Shown: positions 31,506 through 32,000 of the stretch, in pieces | Layout of the letters: each line of letters starts with the position of its first letter | Numbering within the stretch: position 1 is the first letter of the stretch | Source: Aliivibrio fischeri ES114 | GTDB lineage: Bacteria > Pseudomonadota > Gammaproteobacteria > Enterobacterales > Vibrionaceae | Reading direction: 5' to 3' (one strand) | Assembly: GCF_000011805.1 (NCBI RefSeq) | Contig: NC_006840.2 | Length of the DNA: 32,000 nucleotides | Program-made: the position numbers and the translations under genes | Notes under the pieces: model-generated | What the model saw: the letters and a program-made list of their open reading frames with translations, nothing else | Databases searched by the model: none | What the model was told of the DNA's origin: nothing

Positions 31506-31639
31506 TTAGATCACACTAGGTTGAAAATTTGCCTAATGATAGCAAGGATAGAAGGGAAGGAATAGATAAGAAATGTAGGGGTATATCAAAAGATCAAAAA
31601 GGTAGGCAATATTATCAACTAATATTGCCTATCATTTTA

Positions 31640-31921
31640 TTACAGAACCATACGAACGATTTCGATTTCCGCTAGTTCTTTATAAAGCGTTTCTACTTGC
31701 TCAATAGAGGTCGCTGTAATGCTTACAGATACTGAGTGGTAGTTACCTTTGCCACTTGGCTTTACTGCTGGTGTGTAATCGCCAGGAGCATGACGTTGGA
31801 TTACTTCAAGAACAAGCTCAGGTAGCTCTTCATGAGCAAGGCCAACGGCTTTGTAAGTAAATTTACATGGGAATTCTAGAAGATCTTTTAGCTTTGGTTG
31901 CTCTTGCATAACCGTCTCCAA
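31640..31921 (-). CDS. ybeD: YbeD/DUF493 family protein
   Basis: [42 protein letters not shown]; upstream of lipB as in other Gammaproteobacteria. Confidence 0.93.
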   Translation of the reverse strand: METVMQEQPKLKDLLEFPCKFTYKAVGLAHEELPELVLEVIQRHAPGDYTPAVKPSGKGNYHSVSVSITATSIEQVETLYKELAEIEIVRMVL

Positions 31922-32000
31922 TCGAGAGTGGATAATATATGTTGAGAATATTACTGTGACCTAGGTCAGATAACAAGTGTTAATCCAGTAAATTAAAAAA

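Noticed and set aside
1-32000. Mobile elements, toxin-antitoxin, defence, secretion or biosynthetic gene cluster
   Set aside because: All ORFs of substantial size are recognisable core genes in conserved synteny; no transposase, integrase, restriction enzyme, CRISPR or phage-like sequence was seen.

Overview
This window is an ordinary core-chromosome segment from a Vibrionaceae-like genome; protein flavour and gene order suggest Aliivibrio/Vibrio, but that is inference. Left to right: ispA (partial) and xseB; pomAB motor genes; thiI; yajL-panE; an OmpK/Tsx-type porin; ampG; a periplasmic cyclophilin; yajG; rlmG; bolA; nqrABCDEF; apbE; nqrM; dinB; a broad-specificity-type amino-acid racemase; pepD; a purine permease gene; gpt; frsA; proB-proA; lipA-lipB; ybeD. 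I found no mobile element, CRISPR array, rRNA/tRNA, defence locus or novel multigene system. The most interesting signals are non-coding or very small: (1) an unannotated transcription unit at about 23.45-23.80 kb between pepD and the purine permease, with a promoter-like sequence, a structured leader, a 28-codon ORF (MSFLSSSKFWNQRSVYTSQFVYPMCFGY), a C(UUCG)G hairpin and a strong terminator; (2) eight perfect copies of ACCCTAG ending exactly at the lipA stop codon, which give eight GGG tracts on the lipA sense strand (potential G-quadruplex in the 3' UTR); (3) several good regulatory matches: a sigma-28 promoter before pomA, a LexA box before dinB, a PurR operator before the permease, and a CRP-like site placed for class II activation before ompK. 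Coordinates of short motifs were counted by hand and may be off by 1-2 nt.
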